From Alphaproteobacteria bacterium (GTDB lineage: Bacteria; Pseudomonadota; Alphaproteobacteria; MPNO01; UBA830), in the NCBI GenBank assembly GCA_965243135.1, contig OZ251539.1:672001-736000 (forward strand): a stretch of DNA of 64,000 nucleotides, in the 5' to 3' direction. Position 1 is the first letter of the stretch. Each line of letters starts with the position of its first letter. Below, one piece after another: positions 20,986-31,711 of the stretch. The notes beneath the pieces were generated by a model. It did no database searches, was not told the origin of the DNA, and saw only the letters and a program-made list of their open reading frames with translations. The position numbers and the translations under genes are program-made.

Positions 20986-23013
20986 GTGCCCATACCCTTC
21001 CGCGAGGAAAGCGAGTCCGCCGGCGTCGTGGCGTGGCTGCGGGTCGTCGAAGACGGGCGCGGCGTTCGGGCCGCTCTTTTCGAAACTACGGTCGCCGGGG
21101 AGCCGCTGGGGTATTGTTTCGCCGGGGCGGGAGAAGACCGGCTGGATGACCGCGCCGCGGCCGGCGCAAGATTGGCGAAATCGCTGTTCCGCGCGTCCCC
21201 GAATTCGCCGGTTCTGCTGCTGGGATCGGCGGACGATCCGCTTCCAGGGGCGGACGAGATAGGCGTGCCGTTCGGTCGCGTTCGACCGGCATGGCCGCCG
21301 CCCGCGGTCGCCGCCCCTGCGAACTGCGCCGACGGCCTGTCGTGGTCGACGGAGCCGCCGCGACCGGCATCGGAGGCCGCCGGAGCGCTTCGCGAAATCG
21401 GGAAGCGGGCCGATCCGTTCGAACCGCTCGAGCGGACGGCCAAGGGGCTCGAAGAGGCGTTCGGCGATCCGCAAGTTCGGACCCTGACCGGCCTTCAGGG
21501 CCTGACGACGGTCATTTCGTTGCCGCCGCCCCCTGAAGCCCCGGGAGCGCCGGATACCTTCGGGGAATCGTCTTTCCGATTTCCGCCGGAGAGCGCGGTC
21601 GGCCGCGGCCTGGCGGAACGGTTGTGGAGGATTCTGGCCAAGCCCCGGAGAATCCCGCTCTTGGATACGCGCCTGGAATGGCCGGCGACCCTTATGCCGT
21701 TTCAGCTCGACGGAGTGCGCGCGTTGATCGAGATGGATCGCCTGCTTCTGTCGGACGACATGGGGCTGGGCAAGACCGTGCAAGCCGTGGCGGCGTTACG
21801 GCTTCTCAAGCTGGGCGGACGGATCCGGTCGAGCCTTGTGGTCGCTCCCGCGAGCGTGCTCGATCAGTGGAGGCGGGAGATCGCGAAGTGGGCGCCGGAA
21901 CTGTCGGCGATCATCGTCCGAGGCTCGGCCGAGGATCGAGCTTGGCAATGGAAGGCCGCGACCGATTGTACGCTGACGAGTTACGAAGTCTTGCGTTTCG
22001 ACGCGGGCGATCTGCGCAAGCTCAGGGCAACGCCGTGGGACGTCGTCGTGTTGGACGAGGCGCAGCGGATCAAGAACCGAAACGACACCAGCGAAGCCGT
22101 GAAGAACGTTCCGAGGCGCCGTTCGTGGGCGTTGACGGGCACTCCCATCGAGAATCACGAGGACGACCTGGCTTCCATCATGGAGTTCGTCGACTGCGAC
22201 GGAAAAACGCCGCCCAAGCGTTACTTTCCCGGCGCGGCGCTGCTGACGCGGCATCGGGAAGTGCAGCTCCGGCGAAAGAAGAGCGACGTATTGAAGGAGC
22301 TGCCTCCCAAACTGGAGACCAAATTGGCGATTGCGTTGCATCGGGAGCAGTGGGCCAGTTACGAAAAGGCGGAACGCGAAGGGATCGTATTTCTCAAGTC
22401 GCTCGGAAAAGAAGTCGGCATCGGCCACATGCTCGAACTGATTACCCGCCTGAAGCAGATTTGCAACGCCGATCCCAGAACGGGAGCCTCAAGCAAGCTG
22501 GACAATATACACGACAGACTGCGGGAGTTGACGGCGCAAGGCCACAAGGCTCTGGTTTTTTCTCAATACGTCGGCGACATTTCGGGCGTGGCCGCCGCCG
22601 CCAGGCGCCTGCGCGAGTTCAATCCGCTCGTTCTGACGGGCGACACTCCTCTGGAGGAGCGTTCGTCCCTATTGGATCGATTCAAGACCCGGGACGAGCA
22701 CAAGGCGATCGTCATATCGTTGCGGGCGGGCGGCCTCGGGCTTAATTTGCAGGAGGCCTCCTACGTTTTCCATCTGGATCGCTGGTGGAATCCCGCCGTC
22801 GAACGACAGGCGGAGGACAGGAGCCATCGTCTCGGGCAGAAGGTCAAGGTGAACGTGATCAAGTACTCCTGCGTCGGCACGATCGAGGAACGCATAGACC
22901 GAATTCTGGAGCAAAAGCAGAAGTTGTTCGAGAAGGTCGTCGACGACGTCTCGCTGGACCTGTCTGCGCGACTCAGCCGGGAGGAAATGCTGGAATTGTT
23001 TGGACTGCGTTAG
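20986..23013 (+). CDS. SNF2-family helicase/translocase with unknown N-terminal region
   Basis: DDMGLGKT, LDEAQRIKN, LTGTPIEN, ALVFSQY, GGLGLNLQ, DRWWNPAVERQAEDRSHRLGQ. Confidence 0.92.
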   Translation: MPIPFREESESAGVVAWLRVVEDGRGVRAALFETTVAGEPLGYCFAGAGEDRLDDRAAAGARLAKSLFRASPNSPVLLLGSADDPLPGADEIGVPFGRVRPAWPPPAVAAPANCADGLSWSTEPPRPASEAAGALREIGKRADPFEPLERTAKGLEEAFGDPQVRTLTGLQGLTTVISLPPPPEAPGAPDTFGESSFRFPPESAVGRGLAERLWRILAKPRRIPLLDTRLEWPATLMPFQLDGVRALIEMDRLLLSDDMGLGKTVQAVAALRLLKLGGRIRSSLVVAPASVLDQWRREIAKWAPELSAIIVRGSAEDRAWQWKAATDCTLTSYEVLRFDAGDLRKLRATPWDVVVLDEAQRIKNRNDTSEAVKNVPRRRSWALTGTPIENHEDDLASIMEFVDCDGKTPPKRYFPGAALLTRHREVQLRRKKSDVLKELPPKLETKLAIALHREQWASYEKAEREGIVFLKSLGKEVGIGHMLELITRLKQICNADPRTGASSKLDNIHDRLRELTAQGHKALVFSQYVGDISGVAAAARRLREFNPLVLTGDTPLEERSSLLDRFKTRDEHKAIVISLRAGGLGLNLQEASYVFHLDRWWNPAVERQAEDRSHRLGQKVKVNVIKYSCVGTIEERIDRILEQKQKLFEKVVDDVSLDLSARLSREEMLELFGLR

Positions 23014-23106
23014 CGTGGAAGGCGTCGCCGCCGACTTGGCCCGCAGGCGGGCGGACGCTCCGATGGCGGGTTGCCGCGGCGCGGGGCACCTTTCGTCAAA
23101 TAATAG

Positions 23107-23135
23107 TTGATTCCGCGAATCGGCGAGGCTACTAT
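23107..23135 (+). promoter_or_regulatory. Sigma70-type promoter, probably giving a leaderless transposase mRNA
   Basis: TTGATT (23107-23112), 17-bp spacer, TACTAT (23130-23135), then 6 nt before ATG 23142; no Shine-Dalgarno. Confidence 0.65.
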
Positions 23136-23141
23136 CGGCGT

Positions 23142-25300
23142 ATGCAAGTTGGACTTCACCGTTTCCATGCGGACAGCATCGAGTGGCTCCGAACTGCGGT
23201 CGCCGAAGGCGGTCGCACCCGGCGTCAGCTGGCGCAAGAGCTGTGCGAGCGCGAGAACTGGCGCAACGAGAAGGGCGAACTTTGCCTCGCCTCGGCGCGG
23301 CGCGTTCTGCCGAAGCTCGCCGGGAAACTCGGGATCGCGTTGCCGCCGCCGCGGGAGCGCCTGCCGCAGAAGGCGCCGACCCGGGATTTTCCGGATCTGC
23401 CGCTTCGCTGCAGTCTGACGGAGATCGGCGAGGTCGCGCTGGAGCCGGTTTCGGGGAGCGCCGACAGGCAACGGTGGCGTTCGATGATGGAGACCCATCA
23501 TCCGCAGCGCTGGATGCGTCCGCCGGGCGCGCAAAGGTGTTACTGGATCGCGTCGTCCCGCCATGGCCGGCTGGGCGGCATCGGTTTCTGCGCCGCCGGC
23601 TGGCACCAGAAAGCGCGCGACGAGTTCGTCGGCTGGTCGGCGGACGCGCGGGTCGCCAACCTTCAGCGGATGGTCAACAACAACCGATTTCTCCTGTTGC
23701 CGGGGGTGCGCGTGCACGGGCTTGCGTCGCGCGTTCTCGACCTCGCGGCGGCGCAATTGCCCGGCGACTGGGAAGCCGCCTACGGCGTGCGTCCGCTGAT
23801 GGCTTACACTTACGTCTCTCCCGACCATTCGGGCGCCTGCTATCGCGCGGCAGGGTGGGAGCGCTGCGGCAGACCGACTTCGGGGCTGCCGCCGGGCGCC
23901 GAGGCGAGGGGCGTCGGGCGGTCGGTCTGGATGAAGCCGTTGGCCGCCGACTGGAAGGAGCGGCTGCGCCGGAAGCCGGAGCGGACGCTCGGCCTCGCCC
24001 CCGAGGCACCTCCGTCCGACGATTGGGCGGAACGGGAATACGGTCGCGGAACGCACCCGGACGGACGCATTCGCGGTCGCATGGTACGAATGGGGCGCGC
24101 GTGGGAGGAACGTCCCGGCCAGCCGGTACCGGTAATCTTCCCGGACAAGGAAGATCAGGACGCGGCCTACCGGCTGCTGTCGAACCCGAGGGTGAACGTG
24201 GAGCACGTTCTCGAGTCGCACGAGGAATGCATGGTCGAGCGCTGCCGCAGGGAACGCGTGGTTCTGGCGGTTCAGGATACGACGATCCTGAACTGCAACG
24301 GCCTGCAAGCCGCCGCCGGTCTGGCGCCGCTTGGCGGCGGCGGGTCGGGAACCAAAGGCGTCGCCGCCCATTTCGGACTTGCGATCACGACCGCAGGACG
24401 CCCGCTCGGGGTCTTCGAGGCCGCCGTGCGCGACGACAAGGACGAAAGCGTCCGCTGGCTCAAGCACTTCGACAAGGCGCAGGAGATTGCGCGCGCCTGT
24501 CCCGGCACGCGGGTCGTTGCCGTGTGCGACCGGGAAGGAGACATCTGGGAACTGCTGTCGAGGGCGGTCGCGGCGGGCGCCGGCCTGGTGGTGCGCACCT
24601 GCCGCTCGAAGCGGCGGCGCGTGCTGTGCGAGGACGGCGGCAAAAAGGGTCTTTGGGACTACATGGCGGAACGGCCGGTGCTGAGATCGCTGAACCTCGC
24701 CGCCTGCGGCGGCGGGAAAACGCGCAAGAAACGCGAGGCGACGCTCGACATCCGCGCCGCCCGCGTCCGGCTCGCGCCGCCCGGCGACAGGACCGGCGAC
24801 GCGCCTCTCTCCATGCTCGCCGTGTCGGTCGCAGGACCGCAAGATCGGCTGTTGCTCGCCACCGAGGGAAAGACCGAAAACGCGATACGCATTGTCGAAT
24901 GGTACGAACGGCGCTGGACGCTTGAAGAATACTTCAAGACCCTCAAGTCCGGCATGGGCGTCGAAGACCGGCGATTCGACGACGCCGACGACCTTCGAAA
25001 GTGCCTCGCCTTCGACGCGGTCACCGCATGCCGGGTCTTCGACCTCCGGGCGCGGGACAGGCCGGACGCTCCCGCCGCCGAAGTCCGCGGACGAAGATGA
25101 AATCGCGGCGCTTCGCCCCGCCGAACGAGGCATGGTCAAGAGCGGGAAGCCGGCCGAAAACCTCGACGGCCGAACCTTCGTGGTCGGCGCAGGACGGGCT
25201 TTCGTCTCAACGCCGGCCGTTGCCCGGAACCATCCGGCGAGGCCGCGGCTGCCTTGAGGCCTGCGTTCCGCCAAGCGCCGCGGAACGACGACATGCCCGA
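23142..25300 (+). pseudogene. DUF4338 (DruA-like) domain fused to IS4/Tn5-like transposase, degenerate
   Basis: N-half has RDEFVGWS...NNNRFLLLP..V..LASRVL...YRAAGW (DUF4338). C-half has AAYRLLSN, VLAVQDTT, VCDREGD, WYERRWTLEEYFKTLKSG (IS4 DDE/YREK). The 3' end is frameshifted over three frames; right end not found. Confidence 0.85.
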
Positions 25301-25608
25301 GGATTCGACGATGGGGCGTTGAAAGGCCGGGCATCGCCGCGGCTTTGGCTCGGCATCTGACCGGCCGGCGTTCGAAGACGGAAATTGCGGAGGGCGGGGC
25401 GGCTTCGTTCGTCCGGCGGCGAGCGACGGAGCGTCAACCGAATGGATGATTCCCGGAAAACGGACGACGGATTCTTTCGGGTCCGCGCCGCAGGTTTCGG
25501 ACGACGGAGCGTTGCGGCCGCGGGACCAGGCCGTTGCGGACCGGTCGACGTCTTTACGCTTGGAGATTTCGCGTCCGGTCCGCGCCGTTCGGCGGCGAAC
25601 CGATCGTA

Positions 25609-26520
25609 ATGGGCGGGGATTCTTCGTTGCAGGTCTCGGCGCGCCGCCTCAGATCCGTCTGGACGGGGCTGCCGGCGAATCTCAGAGGCATTCTGTGGCT
25701 GAGCGCCGGCGCGCTGTTCTTCGCCGTCGTCGACGTGTTCGTGAAGACGCTCGGGCGCAAGTTCGACGCGATCGAGATCACGTTCTTTCGCTACGCCACC
25801 GGACTGATCGTTCTCGCCCCGGTGTTTCTGAGAATGACTCGGGCGGATTTCAGGACTCGAAAAATCGGCTTGCACATCATGCGCATGGGATGCGCGTTCG
25901 CGGCGCAACTGATGGTCATCGTTTCGGTCATTTATCTTCCGCTCGCGGACGCGACCGCGTTCATGTTTTCGAAGCCGATCTTCACCACGGTGGTGGCCGT
26001 CATTCTTCTGCGCGAACTCGTCGGTGCCCGGCGCTGGATAGCGACGGTCACGGGATTCGCGGGCGTTCTCGTGATGTTGCGTCCCGGCTCCGGGGGAGTC
26101 GACGTCATCGCGGTCGTCGCGGTGGCGGCGGCGTTGACCTTCGCCGTCGCCAACGTCTTGATCCGCATACTTGCGCGGACCGAGTCGACGAAACGCATCC
26201 TGTTCTACTATCATGTAGGCGGCGTCGCCCTGTTCACTGGACCCGCCGCGTGGGTCTGGAGCGGTCCGGTCGGAATCGAATGGCTTTTGCTCGCCTGCGT
26301 CGGCGGGCTGACGACAGCGGGAATGGTGTGTTTCGTGCGGGCCTTCTCCGTGGGCGAGGCGAACGCTGTCGGGCCAGCCGAAAACATGCGGTTGATCTAC
26401 GCCGCGCTCTTCGGGTTTCTTCTGTTTTCCGAAGTGCCCTCGGCGTGGAGCGTCGCGGGCGTCCTCATCATCGCCGGGAGCACGTTCTACATCGCGCGGG
26501 ACGAAGCGCGGAAGAAGTAG
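25609..26520 (+). CDS. DMT/EamA-family transporter
   Basis: About ten hydrophobic segments; LPLADATA...LLRELVGARRW motif. Confidence 0.88.
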   Translation: MGGDSSLQVSARRLRSVWTGLPANLRGILWLSAGALFFAVVDVFVKTLGRKFDAIEITFFRYATGLIVLAPVFLRMTRADFRTRKIGLHIMRMGCAFAAQLMVIVSVIYLPLADATAFMFSKPIFTTVVAVILLRELVGARRWIATVTGFAGVLVMLRPGSGGVDVIAVVAVAAALTFAVANVLIRILARTESTKRILFYYHVGGVALFTGPAAWVWSGPVGIEWLLLACVGGLTTAGMVCFVRAFSVGEANAVGPAENMRLIYAALFGFLLFSEVPSAWSVAGVLIIAGSTFYIARDEARKK

Positions 26521-26527
26521 GAGCGGT

Positions 26528-27709
26528 TCAACGCGCCGGCGTCAGGCGCAGGATCTTTCCGTTCCGTTCGTCGGTGACCGCATAGACCGCGCCCTCCGGA
26601 CCGACGGCCACGTCGCGGATGCGGCGACCGAGGGATTCCAGAAGGCGTTCTTCGCGCACGACTTTGCGTCCGGCAAGTTCCAGCCGGACCAGCGCCCGCG
26701 AGCGCAATCCGCTGATCAGAAGATTGCCTTTCCACCCGGAGAACAGATCGCCTCGGTAGAACGCCATGCCGCCGGGAGCGATTACCGGCGTCCAGACCGC
26801 GATCGGATCTTCCATCCCCGCCATTCGTTTCTGGCCGCTGCCGACCAGTTCGCCCGAGTATTCGAGTCCGTGGGACACGACCGGCCAGCCGTAGTTTCGT
26901 CCGGGTTCCGGAACGTTGAGCTCGTCTCCGCCGCGCGGACCGTGCTCGATCGTCCACAACTTGCCGGTGACCGGATGAATGGCCGCCCCCTGAATGTTGC
27001 GGTGGCCGTAGGACCAGATTTCCGGCAACGCTCCGGAGCGGTTCGCGAAAGGGTTGTCGGCGGGCACGGAACCGTCGGGCCGGAGGCGAACGACCTTGCC
27101 GAGATGGGACGTGAGGTCTTGGGCGCGCACGCGGTAGGAACGGCGCGCGCGGTCCCCCAGCGTCACGAACATCGCGCCGTCCGGCGCGAACGCGATGCGC
27201 GAGCCGTAATGACGGACTCCCCGAAGTCTTGGCATCTGCCGAAAGACGACTTCGACGTCGGAAAGCGCCGATCCCTCCCTGTCCAGCCTGCCGCGCGCGA
27301 CCGCGGTCGTGTTGGCGCCGTCGGTTCCCGGCTCCGTATAGGAGATGTAGACGAGGCGGTTCTCGCCGAAGTCAGGATGCAGCGTCACGTCCAGCAATCC
27401 GCCCTGACCGGCGTCGCGCACCCGGGGGACGCCGGCTACCGGTTCCGACAGCTTGCCGTCGCCGGTGACGATTCTGAGGCGGCCCGGCTTTTCCGTCACG
27501 ATCATCCGGCCGTCGGGAAGGAAGTCGAGGCCCCACGGCTGGTTCAGTTCGTCCGTCAGCGCGACGACCTCGATTCGGCCTTTTTCCGTGTCCAGGACGC
27601 TGCCGGAGGCGGGCGTCGCCGCCAGCAGCGCCGCAGCGAAGAGCGCCGGAAAGAACGCGTTCCTCGCGCTGTCGCCACGCGGGGCAAAATGCCGGATTAT
27701 GGAAGGCAT
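26528..27709 (-). CDS. PQQ-dependent soluble aldose sugar dehydrogenase (YliI-like)
   Basis: Signal peptide; PWGLDFLPDG, GQGGLLDV, HYGSRI, IWSYGHRNIQG, EHGPRGGDELN. Start uncertain. Confidence 0.88.
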   Translation of the reverse strand: MPSIIRHFAPRGDSARNAFFPALFAAALLAATPASGSVLDTEKGRIEVVALTDELNQPWGLDFLPDGRMIVTEKPGRLRIVTGDGKLSEPVAGVPRVRDAGQGGLLDVTLHPDFGENRLVYISYTEPGTDGANTTAVARGRLDREGSALSDVEVVFRQMPRLRGVRHYGSRIAFAPDGAMFVTLGDRARRSYRVRAQDLTSHLGKVVRLRPDGSVPADNPFANRSGALPEIWSYGHRNIQGAAIHPVTGKLWTIEHGPRGGDELNVPEPGRNYGWPVVSHGLEYSGELVGSGQKRMAGMEDPIAVWTPVIAPGGMAFYRGDLFSGWKGNLLISGLRSRALVRLELAGRKVVREERLLESLGRRIRDVAVGPEGAVYAVTDERNGKILRLTPAR

Positions 27710-27734
27710 CCGAAACCTCTTGCCGGAGATCCTC

Positions 27735-28031
27735 ATGAGCGCCATTGTCTTACATGTCCAACTCGTCATCGTCGAGGGCCGCCGCGATGAATTCCTCGAC
27801 CTTGTGCGGGCGCACAGGAAAAGAGTGCTCGCCCGCGAGCCGGCGTGCCAGCGTTTCGACGTTTCCGTTCCCGACGACGAAGCCGATATGGTCCGCCTCT
27901 ACGAAGTGTACGACGACAGGGCGGCGGTCGACCATCACATGCAGACGGACTACATGCTCGCCTACCGCGAGGAGACGATGCCGCTGATCTCCGAGCGAAC
28001 GCTGACCATGGCGGTCATGGCGAACGAATAG
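27735..28031 (+). CDS. Antibiotic biosynthesis monooxygenase (ABM/LsrG-like)
   Basis: EPACQRFDV, LYEVYDDRAAVDHH; RBS GGAG. Confidence 0.85.
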   Translation: MSAIVLHVQLVIVEGRRDEFLDLVRAHRKRVLAREPACQRFDVSVPDDEADMVRLYEVYDDRAAVDHHMQTDYMLAYREETMPLISERTLTMAVMANE

Positions 28032-28037
28032 TTCCGG

Positions 28038-29078
28038 TCACAAGACCTCTTTCGCGACGACGCGAAGCGCATCGACTGTCGCGCCGCCCAGCAGCAGGGC
28101 GCTGACTTCCCCGCGCTTCGCCGCTTGTTTCCATGCGGAAAGCCTGTCGGCGATCCGCTCCGGCGGACCGACGAGGGCGACTTCGTCGACCAGCGCGTCC
28201 GGGACGGCCTGAGCCGCCTCTTCCTGACGGCCGTCCAAAAAGGCGCTCTGGACGGCCGCGGCGGCCTCTTCGTATCCCATGCGCCTTACATACGCGTTGT
28301 AGAAGTTCCGGTCGCGGGAGCCCATCCCGCCGACATAGAGAGCCAGATACCGCTTTATCGGCCAGCGGCAGGCGTCGAGATCGTCGCCGACCACGATCTG
28401 CACGAATGGCGCGATCTCGAAATTTTCAAGGCTCTTGCCGTTGCCCGCCGCGGCGAAGCCTTCCTCGAGGGCTCCGGCGAAAAGGTCGAACCGTTCGGGG
28501 CTCATCCAGACGGGAAAGAAACCGTCGGCGATTTCGCCCGCGGTCTTCACTCCGGCGGGAGAGATCGTTCCCGTGAAGATCTTGAGCGAGGGATCGCCGT
28601 GAAGGATGCTCTTGAGCGGCTTTCCCAGACCGGTGCTGTCCTCTCCGTCGTAGGGAATCCGGTAATGGAATCCCTTGTGGGCGAGCGGCTCCTCGCGGGC
28701 GAGAATCTTGCGCACGATCGCGACGTACTCGCGGGTCCGGGTCATCGGCTTTCCGTAGGGTTCTCCGTACCAACCCTCTACGACCTGCGGACCGGAGGGC
28801 CCGAGTCCCAGCATGAAACGTCCGCCCGAAAGGGAATGCAGGGTCATTGCGGTCATCGCCGTCATGGCCGGCGTCCGCGCCGGCATTTGCATGATCGCGG
28901 TGCCGACCTTCAGCGTCGCGGTCTGCGCAAGCACCCATGTCGCCGGGGTTACGGCGTCGGAACCGTAGGCTTCCGAAGTCCAGGCGGAATCGTAGCCCAG
29001 GCGCTCCGCCTCCCGAACCAGATCCATGTCGACCCGGAAGGACTTGCCCGAGTATCCGATGGTCAATCCAAGTTTCAC
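28038..29078 (-). CDS. LLM-class (F420-dependent type) oxidoreductase
   Basis: [38 protein letters not shown]. Confidence 0.9.
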   Translation of the reverse strand: MKLGLTIGYSGKSFRVDMDLVREAERLGYDSAWTSEAYGSDAVTPATWVLAQTATLKVGTAIMQMPARTPAMTAMTAMTLHSLSGGRFMLGLGPSGPQVVEGWYGEPYGKPMTRTREYVAIVRKILAREEPLAHKGFHYRIPYDGEDSTGLGKPLKSILHGDPSLKIFTGTISPAGVKTAGEIADGFFPVWMSPERFDLFAGALEEGFAAAGNGKSLENFEIAPFVQIVVGDDLDACRWPIKRYLALYVGGMGSRDRNFYNAYVRRMGYEEAAAAVQSAFLDGRQEEAAQAVPDALVDEVALVGPPERIADRLSAWKQAAKRGEVSALLLGGATVDALRVVAKEVL

Positions 29079-29107
29079 GTTCCCTGTCCTCGCTCAGGTT
29101 CTTTGCG

Positions 29108-30079
29108 TCAGGCCGCAGGCGTCGTCGTGTCCACGGCGGCGTGGATCTTCCGAATGTAGTGCTCGCCCAAAGTGACGCGTTCCGAAGAGCCCGCGCCGAT
29201 GCCGCCGATAACCGTGTCGTAGTTGGGCTGATGGAAGAATACGAGCGAGATCCGTCCTTGCGGCGCCGTTCCCGGCGGCGGATTTCCCACGCGGTGAAGC
29301 GTGGAAGCCCATCCCGTCCAGCGCGCCATCGCGTCGCCGAGATTGCAGACGAAGGCGTCCAGCGGCGGGCGAACCTCGGTCCAGCCGCCGCGCGGCAGCC
29401 GAACCTGGAGCGTTCCCGGCACGTCGTCGCTGCGAAGCAGGGTGACCGCCCCGTAGTCCGTGTGAGCGCCGGCCCGGAGTTGTCCGGGCGCCGGGCTGGT
29501 TTCCTGCGGCGGATAGTGGATGAAGCGCAGTTGATTGGTCGCCTTGTCGAACTTGTCGACGAAATAGCCTTCGTCGAGATCCAGCGCCAGCGCGAGGCCG
29601 CTCATCACGCGCTGCCCGAGTCGGGACATCGCCTCGAAATAACGGAGCGCGGTATCGCGGAACGTCGGCAATCCATCGGGCCAACGATTGGGTCCGAAGA
29701 AGTACGCCGCGACCTCGCCGCGATAGTAGGGGTGATCCGGCAGGTTTTCCGGCGTCATCACCCACGCCTCCTGAAGGTCGGGAGGAGTGTCCTCGCCGAG
29801 CGTTTTCGCGAGCGCGCGGTCGGCGGGCGGGTAATAGCCCCGGCCGGTTCTGCTCGCGTCGCGAAGGATCAGGCGTTTCCGGTTCGCCGGCAGCGCGAAG
29901 AAGTCCGCCGCCGCTTGCCTCGTCCGCGCGATCAGATCCTCGTCCACGCCGTGTCCGACGACGCTGAAGAAGCCCGTCTCTTCGCAGGCCGCGGCGAGGG
30001 CGCGGGCGACGCTCCGCTTTCCCTCCTCCCCGGTCGCGCGAAGGGGAGATATGTCGATGACGGGAACCTGATCCTTCAT
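29108..30079 (-). CDS. 2OG-Fe(II) oxygenase, isopenicillin N synthase family
   Basis: VPVIDI, GFFSVVGHGV, HTDYG...HRV...RIS motifs. Confidence 0.9.
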   Translation of the reverse strand: MKDQVPVIDISPLRATGEEGKRSVARALAAACEETGFFSVVGHGVDEDLIARTRQAAADFFALPANRKRLILRDASRTGRGYYPPADRALAKTLGEDTPPDLQEAWVMTPENLPDHPYYRGEVAAYFFGPNRWPDGLPTFRDTALRYFEAMSRLGQRVMSGLALALDLDEGYFVDKFDKATNQLRFIHYPPQETSPAPGQLRAGAHTDYGAVTLLRSDDVPGTLQVRLPRGGWTEVRPPLDAFVCNLGDAMARWTGWASTLHRVGNPPPGTAPQGRISLVFFHQPNYDTVIGGIGAGSSERVTLGEHYIRKIHAAVDTTTPAA

Positions 30080-30272
30080 CGCGTTCCGCCGATTCTCGCT
30101 CCATTGGGCGAATTGCTGCGGGACGATAGCAGCCCTCCGCCGGAACCGCCAGATCCCGCTCCGGACGGCGAAGGCCGGCGCTTCCCGGCCGGCGATTGAA
30201 CGGACTGGCCGGCTCGTGCTTCAATTCGAAGGATCCGGCGCCGCTGCCGGACGCAACATGGAGGTTATCGAA

Positions 30273-31415
30273 ATGTCGATGCCAACCGAACCTGTCGGGT
30301 CGCTGCCTCGTCCGTCGAGGCTTCAGGCTGCCTACGCCGATTACGACGCCGGCAAGATCGCCTTCGAACAGCTCGAAGCCGAGCAGGACGAGGCATGCCG
30401 GGATTCGATACAACGCATGGAGGCCACGGGTTCGCCGATCGTGTGCGACGGCGAACAACGCGCGTCGAGTTTTGCGACCTATCCTCTGACCGACACCCTC
30501 GCCGGAACGGGGCTTGCCGACAATCTCGCGGCGGACGGCCAGTACTTCGCCATTTTCGAGGACGGACATCACAGGCAGCTGCCGCGTCTGACGGGCGGGC
30601 CGTTCCGTTACAAGACCTACGCGGCGCAGTATTTCGAACGGTCGAAGAAGATGGCGACCAAGCCGATGAAGCAGGCGGTCATCGCGCCGTCGATGCTCGC
30701 CTTGCTCTATCCCCTGGACGGGCAGGTGCCGGATTATCCCCGCGAGCGGTTCCTTTCCGACCTCTGCGACGAGTGCGAGAAGGACATCCGCACGTGCTTC
30801 GACGCCGGCGCGGTCCGCGTCTCGATCGACTTTACCGAGGGACGGCTCGCCTGCAAGAACGATCCGAGGAACCCGTGGACGGGCAGGGGGATGCTCGAAG
30901 AATTCATCGAGCTGAACAACCGCGTGATCGATCGCTTCACCGCCGAGGAGCGCAGGAACATCGGCGTTCACACCTGTCCGGGCGGCGACTGCGATTCGAC
31001 CCACAGCGCCGACGTGGACTACGCCGAGCTGCTGCCGAGCATGTTCAGGCTGAACGCCGGCTATTTCCTGATGCAGTTGGCGAGCGAGCGCGACAGGGAG
31101 CACATATACGACCTCTGCGGCAAGCACAGCCGAGAGGACGCGAACGGCGTTCCGCAGGTCTGCTTCGTAGGCGTCATCAATCCGCAGAACCCTCGGGTGG
31201 AGACGCCGGAGCAGGTGCGCGACGCTCTCGTGAGCGCATCGAACTACGTTCCCCGGGAACGCCTCGCGTCGACCGACGATTGCGGGTTTTCGCCGTTCAG
31301 CATCGACGTGAAGCCGAAGCACGGTTCGCCGGACGCGGCTCGCGACATTGCGTTCCGGAAGATTGCCGCCCGGGTTCAGGGCACGGAAATGGCTTCCGAG
31401 CGGCTCGGCCTCTGA
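30273..31415 (+). CDS. Cobalamin-independent methionine synthase, catalytic-domain type
   Basis: EPVGSLPRP, DGEQ, Zn ligands VHTCPGG and DDCGFSP; RBS GGAGG. Confidence 0.88.
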   Translation: MSMPTEPVGSLPRPSRLQAAYADYDAGKIAFEQLEAEQDEACRDSIQRMEATGSPIVCDGEQRASSFATYPLTDTLAGTGLADNLAADGQYFAIFEDGHHRQLPRLTGGPFRYKTYAAQYFERSKKMATKPMKQAVIAPSMLALLYPLDGQVPDYPRERFLSDLCDECEKDIRTCFDAGAVRVSIDFTEGRLACKNDPRNPWTGRGMLEEFIELNNRVIDRFTAEERRNIGVHTCPGGDCDSTHSADVDYAELLPSMFRLNAGYFLMQLASERDREHIYDLCGKHSREDANGVPQVCFVGVINPQNPRVETPEQVRDALVSASNYVPRERLASTDDCGFSPFSIDVKPKHGSPDAARDIAFRKIAARVQGTEMASERLGL

Positions 31416-31422
31416 AGCCCTC

Positions 31423-31450
31423 GACGGCGCCGCGCGGGCGCGGCGCCGTC
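31423..31450. terminator. Perfect GC hairpin after the metE-like gene
   Basis: GACGGCGCCGCGC-GG-GCGCGGCGCCGTC; weak U-tract. Confidence 0.4.
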
Positions 31451-31711
31451 CTTCCCGCGGCGAGATGGCGGTTATCCCCAGGAAAATGCGCGATTTGTGA
31501 ATAACCGCGATTTTTTCGTTGCGGCCGGGCAGCGGAGCGTGGCATGTTCGTCCTGTCAGCGCGATGGAACTACGCAGTTGATGGGTGGGTGGCCCGCTGA
31601 ATGCTGGACGAGCCGGTTCCACGGCGTCGGAAGTCCAGGAAACAGCCGGGTCGGGCCAAAGCCGGGGGCGGCTGCGGCCATTTTTTTTGCCCGAACGGGC
31701 GGAGCTTCGGC

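Noticed and set aside
17913-23013. Calling the operon BREX or Druantia
   Set aside because: No pglZ/pglX/brxC or DruE; the nearby DUF4338 domain belongs to the transposase.
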